Shown here in pieces: positions 1 to 8,751 of a stretch of 64,000 nucleotides of DNA (positions are counted from its first letter, which is position 1; every line of letters starts with the position of its first letter). The notes under the pieces are model-generated. The model was not told the DNA's origin. It did no database searches and saw only the letters and a list, made by a program, of their open reading frames with translations. The stretch is taken from sequence record PP601403.1; one strand, 5' to 3'. Position numbers and translations under genes: made by a program.

Positions 1-8
1 ATTACATC

Positions 9-365
9 ATGTATTGGTTAGAGATTAAACGTAACTATGCAAGATTTGATTCCCCTGGATTAGATGAATTAGAAATTCTTGAGAAAGTTGCTAAGTATGT
101 TTTCTCTGCTTATAAGGAATATCATATTCAAGAAGTCAATGATAAGTTCGGTGTTGCTAAGCAATCTGACATGACACTGATGGATTACATCAAAGGCACT
201 TGGATGTATGGTGAACAGTTCCAAGAGAACATCTCATTTATAAGCCACCTAGCTGTCTATAGAGAAGAGAATAACCTTTCCCAGTCCCATCACATTACCC
301 AGAGCTCAAGTGATCTCCTACGTGATCTGATGGCTCTTAAGAACAGGTCAGGGATGGGGGATTAA
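9..365 (+). CDS. Hypothetical protein, probably 5'-truncated by the window edge
   Basis: The frame is open upstream of the ATG to the window edge; the stop is 2 nt before the next gene, suggesting an operon. Confidence 0.6.
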   Translation: MYWLEIKRNYARFDSPGLDELEILEKVAKYVFSAYKEYHIQEVNDKFGVAKQSDMTLMDYIKGTWMYGEQFQENISFISHLAVYREENNLSQSHHITQSSSDLLRDLMALKNRSGMGD

Positions 366-367
366 TT

Positions 368-1714
368 ATGGGTTTAAACAGCCAAATAGAAGGTTTCTTA
401 AAACAAGCCGGTATTGTTGAAAAGAGATCTGATAAACTAATCGATAGTACTAGAATTAAAGCTGTAGTGATAACACCTAAAGCACAGTTTAAAGCATTGG
501 GTGTAACACACTTTACAGAAGTAGCGGATTTCATTTATAACCGGGCAGAAGTGGTAGCTATTAAACTAAGACTTCAGCCAAGTATTTATTTCGATCACGT
601 TGTTCCTTATCGTGATGATCTAATTATTCAAGTTATTATGGATTCAGAATCAGATATGGTGATACGAGAGTTTGTAGCTTCCCCTATGGGAGATAAAGAC
701 TTTCGAGCTCAAGGTAATAACTCTCAACAAGCTAACTTAGATGCTTTTGATGAAACCAATATGGTTGAATATGAGTTTCAGTTAATTGATAAGGGTTATA
801 ACGTCCTTAAGAATATTCCTGTATCTGAAAACTTTATGATGTGTAAACCAGGTGATGTACTTCCTCTGGTAATGGAGACATATAGTAAACAAGCTAAAAT
901 GCCAAGTGGGGTAAAATACAAAGGTCTGTATTTACACCAACCCATCGATAATCAGAATAACTATAGACAAATACTTATTCCCCAAGGTACAAGGTTAATT
1001 GATGTACCAAGTTATTTACAAGCTCATGACGAGTACGGGATTTACTCTAAGGGGTTGGGTAGTTTCTATAAGCAGGGTTATTGGTGGATCTATCCGCTCT
1101 TTAATACAGAACTTGCTGATAAACATTATCGCCCTATCGACATTATCCGTGTCCCTCAGGATAAAATACCCACTCTTGATATGACGTTTGTTAAAACTGC
1201 TGATGCATTAACTATTATCTCTACTGGTTATTCTGAACACAGTGATAACGCTGATGTGAGGAAACAAAACAGTGGTGTAGGTAAGCGTATAGTAATGGCG
1301 GATGCTATTGCTGGTGATACTGGTTATCATTATACCAAAGGTAGAGCTGTTACTACTAGAGCAGATTCTCTCCAAGAGTATAAACTATCAGATAGACGTA
1401 ATGGTCAAGAGTACATCCCACTTGATCTGAATCCCACTAGTAACGTTTCTCTCCCTATGAGTGAGAACGCTATGAACGAAGGTGAGTTCATTGAAGTAGA
1501 ATGGCACAACGGCGATGTAGGGTATTTGGAACCAGGACATCCTGTTAAATACCAGTACATGGGTGAAGGTAACGATATGGTAGTAAGAAAAGGATCTTTG
1601 TTAGGTTATCGACAAGATCATCTTCCTATTACCAGTGGATTAGAACCAGATATGAAACGTGTCTGTAAATTACTTCTATTCCTCAAACGCCAAGAAAAGT
1701 ATAAAGCAACATAG
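368..1714 (+). CDS. Putative virion structural protein (possibly baseplate hub-like)
   Basis: 448-aa ORF with genome-typical codon usage in a virion-gene neighbourhood. Function is inferred from context only. Confidence 0.45.
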   Translation: MGLNSQIEGFLKQAGIVEKRSDKLIDSTRIKAVVITPKAQFKALGVTHFTEVADFIYNRAEVVAIKLRLQPSIYFDHVVPYRDDLIIQVIMDSESDMVIREFVASPMGDKDFRAQGNNSQQANLDAFDETNMVEYEFQLIDKGYNVLKNIPVSENFMMCKPGDVLPLVMETYSKQAKMPSGVKYKGLYLHQPIDNQNNYRQILIPQGTRLIDVPSYLQAHDEYGIYSKGLGSFYKQGYWWIYPLFNTELADKHYRPIDIIRVPQDKIPTLDMTFVKTADALTIISTGYSEHSDNADVRKQNSGVGKRIVMADAIAGDTGYHYTKGRAVTTRADSLQEYKLSDRRNGQEYIPLDLNPTSNVSLPMSENAMNEGEFIEVEWHNGDVGYLEPGHPVKYQYMGEGNDMVVRKGSLLGYRQDHLPITSGLEPDMKRVCKLLLFLKRQEKYKAT

Positions 1715-1733
1715 CTAAAGGGTAATAAAATAA

Positions 1734-1985
1734 ATGAATGTTAATATTGATAACCTTGAACATGTGTTTGATACATTGAATGGGTTTGAATCTCTCTCTA
1801 ATGGAGATCTTACTTCTCCAGATTCTATTTATGCCAAGACGGTATTGAAACTCAACGGTGTAGATTTTAAAGGCAGAGAAGGTTCTGAGAGTTTTGTCTC
1901 TTCTGTTAAAGCAGGTGCTCAAAAAGTTTATGAAATGATTAAGAACTTTATAAAAGCTATTAGAGATTTCTTCTTTGGTAGTAAA
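1734..1985 (+). repeat. Left arm of a 252-bp inverted repeat (partner 14355..14606)
   Basis: Manual alignment shows exact blocks of 67 nt (1828..1894 vs 14446..14512), 32 nt and 33 nt; similarity ends abruptly after FFFGSK. Confidence 0.95.
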
Positions 1986-2657
1986 ACAAAAGTTTCCAAT
2001 GACATCAAAATTACTGAAAATAACACAAAGGAATTGGACACACTAATATTTGGAATCCCGAAGAGTGAATACGATGTATTTAAAGCCAAAGTTTCTGAAA
2101 TTAAATTTGAAGGCGAACCTTTGTTTAATATCGGGATGGAATTGGACACGTATGTTACTGGTTTAAATGGCTGGGAAGGTGGAGTAGAAAAGCGAGGGTT
2201 TACAGGTCCAACATTATCAGTTGCAAAACTATTAAATGTTCCTAATATAGATTTTCACCACGTTACCAAAGTGGGGTTATTAGGTAAAGAAGTCACAAAC
2301 ACCCTGTCAAAAATAGAAGCTAACACTTTCTTTACTATGAATGTCGAAGCTCTAACTAAAATTAAATCAGATATTAAGAAAATCTTACCAGCTAGTGCAA
2401 AGTTTAACGAAGAAGGTACCAAAACTCTTGAACACTGGACTAAGTTTCTGGAAAAATGTAATGAGGATTGTAAGGGTAGAACGGTTTCTAATGAAGAATG
2501 GAAACGTGAATTTAATGTTAGGTACGATATACTTACTTCCATAACCGTCAGTAAAGAACTAATCAGGGAATTAAAACACTGTCTTGATTATAACGCTAAA
2601 CTCGTTGAAAAAATGAAAAACATGACTGGTAGGTGGAAAAAATATTTAGAACAATAA
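1734..2657 (+). CDS. Internal head protein paralogue A (phiKZ-type internal protein family; conserved 84-aa leader plus variable C-terminus)
   Basis: First 84 aa nearly identical to 13653..14606; carries GFES and GSES, which fit the S/A/G-x-E prohead-protease motif of phiKZ-like head proteins. Confidence 0.65.
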   Translation: MNVNIDNLEHVFDTLNGFESLSNGDLTSPDSIYAKTVLKLNGVDFKGREGSESFVSSVKAGAQKVYEMIKNFIKAIRDFFFGSKTKVSNDIKITENNTKELDTLIFGIPKSEYDVFKAKVSEIKFEGEPLFNIGMELDTYVTGLNGWEGGVEKRGFTGPTLSVAKLLNVPNIDFHHVTKVGLLGKEVTNTLSKIEANTFFTMNVEALTKIKSDIKKILPASAKFNEEGTKTLEHWTKFLEKCNEDCKGRTVSNEEWKREFNVRYDILTSITVSKELIRELKHCLDYNAKLVEKMKNMTGRWKKYLEQ

Positions 2658-2667
2658 TAAACATATT

Positions 2668-2699
2668 GCTAACTCTAGACCTCGAGGTCTAGAGTTAGC
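2668..2699. terminator. Perfect 32-nt palindrome, probable bidirectional terminator
   Basis: GCTAACTCTAGACCTCGAGGTCTAGAGTTAGC is its own reverse complement and lies between convergent genes. Confidence 0.8.
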
Positions 2700-2709
2700 T
2701 TATTATGAA

Positions 2710-3024
2710 TTAATTAGTACTAATACCAAAACTTCGATGACATACTACTTGATGTGTGTACGCATAACCACAAACAACACTAACAAGTCTAACACCACAC
2801 TTGTCGTGAAAATTATATTGTAGTTTATTTTCGCTGTCGTCTTTTAATACCAAATTAGTATCAGAGAACTTACTGTTAGTAACGAGAACTTTGGCATTTA
2901 TATTTGAAATATAACCACCGCTATCGATATCACAACCATTGATAACTACATTGGAAGATTTATCCATCATCGTGTTCAAATCTTCAGTGTTAATGCGTTC
3001 TTCATTAACCATTAAACTAATCAT
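2710..3024 (-). CDS. Hypothetical protein
   Basis: 104 aa; AAGGA RBS upstream; directly downstream of the helicase gene. Confidence 0.7.
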   Translation of the reverse strand: MISLMVNEERINTEDLNTMMDKSSNVVINGCDIDSGGYISNINAKVLVTNSKFSDTNLVLKDDSENKLQYNFHDKCGVRLVSVVCGYAYTHQVVCHRSFGISTN

Positions 3025-3057
3025 GTTTATTTCCTTTTACTCGGTCAGTAAAGTTAA

Positions 3058-4596
3058 TTAACCCATGTCATCAAAATCAGAACCACCGCCCATAGCTTCA
3101 CTGCGATGAGAGAGTGACTTTCTGAAAGTCTTCTTATCAAAGTTTATATCGTGAACTAACCCGTTTAGAGGGTCTAGTGGATAGATACCAAATCTAGCTG
3201 ATTCAGCAGCACCTTCACCACGCATCTTACCTACATAGTAAGTAAAGTAACATTCATCATTACTCATCTTAGCAACATGGAACGTAATCTCTACATCTAC
3301 CTCGTTGGTCAGCTTGGTAGAACCCTCAGTCATTGATTTACCACCAATGTCTCTTGCAAAGTAAATTTCAGAATCATCATCAGATTCACGAATAAACTTT
3401 TTAGCATCAGGGTTTAATTGATGAGGAGTAAAGAATGCAGCACCACGTGAACTAAAGAAGTTTCGAGCACGACGATACAAGTCTTGAAGTCTATCGGAAC
3501 GAGATTCGCCTTGACAACCAGTAAGATCAGCCATAGCCAAGTAATCATAAGCACCTACGATGATTTCATGACCACGAATTTCCAAGTTACGAACACGTTG
3601 CATAATTTCTGTGATGTTATCGTGACTTGGGTTTACGCGAAAGAACTGGAAATCCCAACCATTATCTTTAAACCCGCTGATGATAGTTTCTACAACTGTA
3701 TCAGTAGTTGCTTCAAAGAAGTTTGGTTTAACACCTGTTTTAGCAGTAACAAAAAGCTCGTACATACGTTTGAAAATCAAACCAAGAGAATCCTCAGCAG
3801 ACATTAAACAAACAGTAGGAATACGACTCTTATCACGCAATACAGGTTTATTATAAAGTGGAACAGATGCCAAGATATGAGCTAGACCAAATGACTTACC
3901 ACGGTTAGTCAGTGCGTTGATCATGTAGAACAATCCACGACGAATACCTAAGTCTGGATAAAGTGCTTCATTCAAACCAGCTAAACCAGTTTTCATGATA
4001 CCTTCAGCAGAAGTCTCTACTTTCAATAGATCGATTACAGCTGCGATTGACTTTGGATCATTACTACTGGATTTCTCGACAACTGCTTTATCAAAGTTAT
4101 TATCGGTATCTGAAATCTTAGCGGAGATAAGTTCGTTAATTTTAATCCAATCTTCTCTTGTTAGATCTTCTTCACCATCAAACAAGAATGGGCGAACCAT
4201 GGACTTAAATTCATAACCAAATTTATTCTTAACATCATTATCACGAAGTTCTTTGATAATCTCAAAAATAAGTTTACGACTATCTTCTTCGTTATATTGA
4301 TCGTTAAATGTATTATTAAGAAGTTTCTCTAAAGTAGGATCAAGAATAACAATTTCACCAACTTTACTGACTGACAAAGATGTTATGATGTTGGAATCAA
4401 CAGGTTGTTCCCTTATCCAAACTAAAAGTTTACGTAAGAGCGCTTCTACTCGTTTATCTTGTTGAACAAGACTTTCCTTACTTTTAGGAACCGATTCAGC
4501 CAACAAACTCAATTCATCCATCATGTCTGTATCGTGCAACCGCCAAGCTTGAAACATTGCTGTTGCTATTTTGACAAGACGAATTAGGTTATTCAT
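3058..4596 (-). CDS. dnaB: DnaB-like replicative helicase (phiKZ gp118-like)
   Basis: Walker A ALTNRGKS, SAED, DYL and HQLN motifs; position next to the capsid gene matches phiKZ-like synteny. Confidence 0.9.
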   Translation of the reverse strand: MNNLIRLVKIATAMFQAWRLHDTDMMDELSLLAESVPKSKESLVQQDKRVEALLRKLLVWIREQPVDSNIITSLSVSKVGEIVILDPTLEKLLNNTFNDQYNEEDSRKLIFEIIKELRDNDVKNKFGYEFKSMVRPFLFDGEEDLTREDWIKINELISAKISDTDNNFDKAVVEKSSSNDPKSIAAVIDLLKVETSAEGIMKTGLAGLNEALYPDLGIRRGLFYMINALTNRGKSFGLAHILASVPLYNKPVLRDKSRIPTVCLMSAEDSLGLIFKRMYELFVTAKTGVKPNFFEATTDTVVETIISGFKDNGWDFQFFRVNPSHDNITEIMQRVRNLEIRGHEIIVGAYDYLAMADLTGCQGESRSDRLQDLYRRARNFFSSRGAAFFTPHQLNPDAKKFIRESDDDSEIYFARDIGGKSMTEGSTKLTNEVDVEITFHVAKMSNDECYFTYYVGKMRGEGAAESARFGIYPLDPLNGLVHDINFDKKTFRKSLSHRSEAMGGGSDFDDMG

Positions 4597-4634
4597 GCGT
4601 AACTCCTTGGTGAAAATTCTGTTAGGTAACTAAT

Positions 4635-5186
4635 ATGCAAGTTAAATTGGGATTGAAAGAGACCAACGTCTATTTCCTAAGGGAACAAGACCTTGATCTT
4701 TTGAATGCAAACAAGCTTCGACTTGTTGATCTACCTTATCTGCCTAAATTTGATAATGTGGTTGACAGTGACTGCTTGGACTGGTTGGAATACCAACGAG
4801 CAGTGGAAAAGCAATACTGTGGTTTTAAGAATACAACTTATACACCTCTTGGTGATATTAAAAATGTTGAGTTTAACCGGACAGGTACGGTCTATAAAAC
4901 AAAGTATCAAGATGTTCTAAATTCCGACAAGAAGGTTAAAACAGGAAAGCATTTTTACTTCCACACAGCTGGTGGTCAGGTATTCATCCTCAATAGTAAT
5001 AATATTGTGAAGAACGCCTTGTTCACTGAAGTGCCGGGAGATCTGTCTACTGCTGTTTATCGTTCCCTGCTAAATGCAGTGGGTTCTGTAGAGTTTTATT
5101 TCCGAGACTCTAAGGACTTATTCAAAACGTGCGAAGAACGTGGTTTCGTTGATCCTGGTTTTATTCTGTCCAAAGTAGTTGCGTAA
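4635..5186 (+). CDS. Conserved protein upstream of the capsid gene, probable minor head protein
   Basis: 183 aa between DnaB and MCP, as in phiKZ-like phages (synteny only). Confidence 0.55.
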   Translation: MQVKLGLKETNVYFLREQDLDLLNANKLRLVDLPYLPKFDNVVDSDCLDWLEYQRAVEKQYCGFKNTTYTPLGDIKNVEFNRTGTVYKTKYQDVLNSDKKVKTGKHFYFHTAGGQVFILNSNNIVKNALFTEVPGDLSTAVYRSLLNAVGSVEFYFRDSKDLFKTCEERGFVDPGFILSKVVA

Positions 5187-5228
5187 TGCTTTGTGATTAA
5201 TAAGGATAGTTATACGTTTAATGAATGT

Positions 5229-5232
5229 TATG
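5229..5232 (+). promoter_or_regulatory. Candidate late promoter core (TATG) for the capsid gene
   Basis: TATG in the AT-rich intergenic region about 80 nt upstream of the MCP start. TATG is the known phiKZ late-promoter core, but it is short, so the call is weak. Confidence 0.4.
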
Positions 5233-5312
5233 CGTAAAACTCACTCCTGTTGCGCAAACAAATATATTTGTTTTCGATATCGACATGTCTTTTTAAATGG
5301 GAATTTCTCTTT

Positions 5313-7484
5313 ATGACTATCCAATTTTCCGTGAAGGGTGCTGGCAACAAAGGCGCTCACCTGAAGAACGTAATGGCTAACCTGCAAGCTGTACAATTCA
5401 AAGAAGGTAACGTCTGGGCTGGTATTACCGGTAACGAATCTCTGAACGCTGTTGAAACCACCATCAATGCCGGTATCGGTTTTAACCAGAAGAATGCTCT
5501 GGCTTCCGCTATTGGTTCTTTTGCTGATCAAAGCTTTGCTGATCGTGCTGCTAAATTTGCTGACATGGTTAAAGTCGGTGGTATGGAATCTTTCTCTGCT
5601 TCTATGGAAGCTGGTAAGATCAACCGTCACAAAGCCGCTACTCTGGAACTGAACGCTCGTGGTAACCGTCAATGGGATGCTGCTGAAGAACTGTTCAAAA
5701 CTGTTACCATCGGCTATGCTGACGAAAACCTGCAACTGCCGATCGACGTAGCTGGTGTTGGTGCTTATAACGTTTCTGGTAACGTAAACGAATCTTTCGA
5801 AGATCTGCGCCCGATTGCTTCTGTTCTGGCTGATGACAAGTTCTCCTCAGGTGATGACCTGAAACTGGTTCCGGTTTATCCTTCCGATGCAAGCAACCCC
5901 AATCGCGCAGCTTTCGTTGCTGAAGCCGACTGGACTCCTTGGGACGAAGCTTATGAAGCCAATGACCTGCTGGGTCGTGAAGCTCACAAGACCAACTATC
6001 TGGCAATCCGCAAAGCTAACAACCTGATGAGTCTGTGTCAAGCTCCTGGTGCTCCGCGTTTTGAACAGAACGATGAAATCGAATCTGGTTCCATCCGTCT
6101 GAACAGCTTCCTGCTGAAGATCAAAACCAAAGATGGTGAGGGTTTTGCTACCCTGGACACTTCTACCATGTCCTCCACCGCTATGCGTCCTGGTACCGGT
6201 CTGACCTCTGATGAGAAGCGTCAAATCGCTTTCGTTATCAACGGTATGGACGTCGCCAACCTGAAGACCAAAGCTGGTGCGCCGACCCAACTGTTCAAAA
6301 CCCTGACTGATGCCGGTCTGCAAGTCTTTGTACAGTTCGAGTACTCTGCTACCTATCAGCGCTCTACCCGTGCTCTGTCCCCGACTGTATCTCCTGTTAC
6401 CATTGCTTATGTAATGAAGAACGGTGAGAAGCTGGTTCCGGGTACCGCTGGTATGCCTGCTGATATTCAAGCTCTGATCACTGCTCAGGTTGTAGAAGCT
6501 TCTGTTCACGGTGTTGTTCTGAAAATGAACCACAACAACGTTAACCAGAGCCGCTACGGTACCACCGTTGTGTTCGCTAACACCATCAAGAACTACGGTG
6601 TTCGTCGTCGTAACCCGATCTCTGTTAAGTATCCGATGCAAGGTGATGACACCAACGCTGACGTACTGGCTCAGCTGATCAAGCAGATGGATGTACTGGT
6701 TACTCGTGAAATGTCCCATGACGCATTCCGTGCAGCCCATGGTCACTTTGCATACCTGTATGACAACAACGGCCAGCAGATGGTTAACATCAACGATGAT
6801 AGCTCCTCTGTTCTGCCGGGTCAGCACTTCCTGAACACCACCGCTGTACACAGCAAGTTCAAGCTGCTGGAGCAAGTGTCTACTCTGGATTCCAAAGACG
6901 CTCTGGAGAACATCCGCGCTGTCCTGGTTAACAAGATCTATGACATCATCACCGCTCTGCGTGTGAACTCCAACGTAGCTGCTTTGAAAGAGCTGGATGG
7001 TCGTGCTGAAGAGTATCGCGTAATCGCTCACTCCTCCATGGCTCCGTTCCTGATGAACGCAGGTGACTACCGTACCTTTGGTAACAACGTCAAGTTTGAA
7101 GTTGTTGAAACCAACATCAACTCTGAGAAGGGTCTACTGTGGGTTGTACCGAAGTCCAACACTAAAGATGACGAAATCGACATCTACGGTGGTATGGGTA
7201 TCTGTGTGACCAAGGAACTGCTGGTTATCGAAGGTGCTGTAACCCAAGCTGATCGTCAGTACCGTATGCTGATCACCCAGCCTGCTTATCAGCACCACGC
7301 TCTGAGTTGTGTTGCTGGCCTGGCCGAGATCGAAGACATTGCTCAGCTGCTGAGTGACGAAGGTCTGATCAGTGCTGTCAACAAGCACATGGTACAAGTC
7401 AGTGGTTCCACCAATCCTGCCGGTGTCCAGAAGGTAGAAGTAACTAACTTCCCGGCTGGGGCTGGTACTGTAACTGTACCGTAA
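5313..7484 (+). CDS. Major capsid protein (phiKZ gp120-like), 723 aa from MTIQFSVKG
   Basis: Size, synteny, very strong highly-expressed codon bias (CTG, GCT, AAC, ATC), propeptide sites GNES/GMES/SME, and a strong downstream hairpin. The upstream 21 codons of the ORF call lack the bias. Confidence 0.9.
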   Translation: MTIQFSVKGAGNKGAHLKNVMANLQAVQFKEGNVWAGITGNESLNAVETTINAGIGFNQKNALASAIGSFADQSFADRAAKFADMVKVGGMESFSASMEAGKINRHKAATLELNARGNRQWDAAEELFKTVTIGYADENLQLPIDVAGVGAYNVSGNVNESFEDLRPIASVLADDKFSSGDDLKLVPVYPSDASNPNRAAFVAEADWTPWDEAYEANDLLGREAHKTNYLAIRKANNLMSLCQAPGAPRFEQNDEIESGSIRLNSFLLKIKTKDGEGFATLDTSTMSSTAMRPGTGLTSDEKRQIAFVINGMDVANLKTKAGAPTQLFKTLTDAGLQVFVQFEYSATYQRSTRALSPTVSPVTIAYVMKNGEKLVPGTAGMPADIQALITAQVVEASVHGVVLKMNHNNVNQSRYGTTVVFANTIKNYGVRRRNPISVKYPMQGDDTNADVLAQLIKQMDVLVTREMSHDAFRAAHGHFAYLYDNNGQQMVNINDDSSSVLPGQHFLNTTAVHSKFKLLEQVSTLDSKDALENIRAVLVNKIYDIITALRVNSNVAALKELDGRAEEYRVIAHSSMAPFLMNAGDYRTFGNNVKFEVVETNINSEKGLLWVVPKSNTKDDEIDIYGGMGICVTKELLVIEGAVTQADRQYRMLITQPAYQHHALSCVAGLAEIEDIAQLLSDEGLISAVNKHMVQVSGSTNPAGVQKVEVTNFPAGAGTVTVP

Positions 7485-7524
7485 TAACTACGTAATGTAG
7501 TTAAGTTGTTAATACGCTAACTAA

Positions 7525-7557
7525 AACTCCTACTCTCCCAAAAGGAGAGTAGGAGTT
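7525..7557. terminator. Stem-loop terminator after MCP
   Basis: AACTCCTACTCTCC-CAAAA-GGAGAGTAGGAGTT, 14-bp stem. Confidence 0.85.
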
Positions 7558-7579
7558 ATGTTTTGTCCTCTATTTTCTT

Positions 7580-7612
7580 TGTTCTATATTTTTTCAGATA
7601 GATATTATTAAG
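7580..7612 (+). promoter_or_regulatory. Early-type (virion RNAP) promoter
   Basis: TGTTCTATATTTTTTCAGATAGATATTATTAAG, identical over 33 nt to 48051..48083; resembles the phiKZ early AT-rich/TATATTAC motif and precedes the operon containing the nvRNAP subunit. Confidence 0.75.
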
Positions 7613-7664
7613 TTGTAATGTCAGGGAGGTTTATTTCTGATGTATTAATAGTAGAGAAAATAAG

Positions 7665-8693
7665 ATGAACAATTCACGAGTACATAAAAACTCTGAATTT
7701 GGATTTCGTTCTCTTATTGAGAACAATACTTTCGAAGATCTTTATCTAATTCACCGATCTGGCGTGAAGACCATTCTTCCAGCTAAGACCAGTGAAACGT
7801 TGAATAGAGATCCTTTCATGGTTAATCAATTGATTATCTATGGGGAAGTAGGAGTACCCGATTGTGTATTAACAGATGTGATTGACACCAAAACTGGTGA
7901 AAGTCCTTTTCTGTTGGAACAACTGGGTAAACATCTATCCGAATTCAAACAAGAACATCCTTATTGCCAACATTGGGCAACACCTTGGGATCGTGCTTTC
8001 CATACCTGTCACGATATTAACAAGAACTATTTTGTTAGTGAATCACTGGGAGTATTGGTTTGTAAAGTTCCAGAGTTAGATAACGTTTTAGCTAAATCGG
8101 GATTTCTTCCCATGTACGCACTTCATAAAGAGATGCCAGAACCTAAGTTAGGTGACGACATGTCTATTGAGGACCGTAACTTTAGCAATAGTGATATTCT
8201 TCACGCAACAGCTGTAGTAATTGACAAGCGTAATAAAATGGGTACTCTCTGGACTACTGTGTTCGGACAGACTTACGAATTACCAGTCATCACCAACTCC
8301 CAATTGGAAGATGGTGTATATTTGAAATCAGGTAGCACTGGCAACGGTCCTTTTGAGTTTATTGCTTATAGCTCTACTGATTTTGATAAGCTGATTCGTG
8401 AACGCAATATCCATCGTAAACGTGACGATGCAATCTTTGATCCGAGTAATAAAGAACTGGCAGCTAAGTTAACTGAACTCAGTAAACTAAAAGCTGAACA
8501 TAAGAAAGTAAAACTCGAATTACAAGAGTTGATAATTGAGCACAAGAAAGTCAAGGAGAAACATAAAGACGAGTTTGATACTTTAAAAGGTAACAGGCTC
8601 AATAATACTATACTGGATTGGTTTAGAGCAATCATGGGTCCGTTTGGAGGGGATATCAAACGTCTCATAGGTGGATTATTTACGTTTGCTTAG
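7665..8693 (+). CDS. Conserved hypothetical protein with C-terminal coiled coil and amphipathic tail
   Basis: 342 aa; heptad-like LAAKLTELSKLKAEHKKVKLELQEL; ends LDWFRAIMGPFGGDIKRLIGGLF. Confidence 0.7.
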   Translation: MNNSRVHKNSEFGFRSLIENNTFEDLYLIHRSGVKTILPAKTSETLNRDPFMVNQLIIYGEVGVPDCVLTDVIDTKTGESPFLLEQLGKHLSEFKQEHPYCQHWATPWDRAFHTCHDINKNYFVSESLGVLVCKVPELDNVLAKSGFLPMYALHKEMPEPKLGDDMSIEDRNFSNSDILHATAVVIDKRNKMGTLWTTVFGQTYELPVITNSQLEDGVYLKSGSTGNGPFEFIAYSSTDFDKLIRERNIHRKRDDAIFDPSNKELAAKLTELSKLKAEHKKVKLELQELIIEHKKVKEKHKDEFDTLKGNRLNNTILDWFRAIMGPFGGDIKRLIGGLFTFA

Positions 8694-8751
8694 TTGATAA
8701 ACTAACTAGTAATGGATATAACAAGCACGACTAACATACAAAGGAGAAGCA

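Noticed and set aside
5250-5312. ORF-track N-terminal extension of MCP (MRKQIYLF...)
   Set aside because: It lacks the MCP codon bias and overlaps the palindromic leader; MTIQF at 5313 is the more plausible start.
5847-7031. 394-aa antisense ORF (and 5241..5735, 7134..7397) opposite the capsid gene
   Set aside because: This is the expected shadow of strong codon bias in a highly expressed gene; there is no RBS or recognisable motif.
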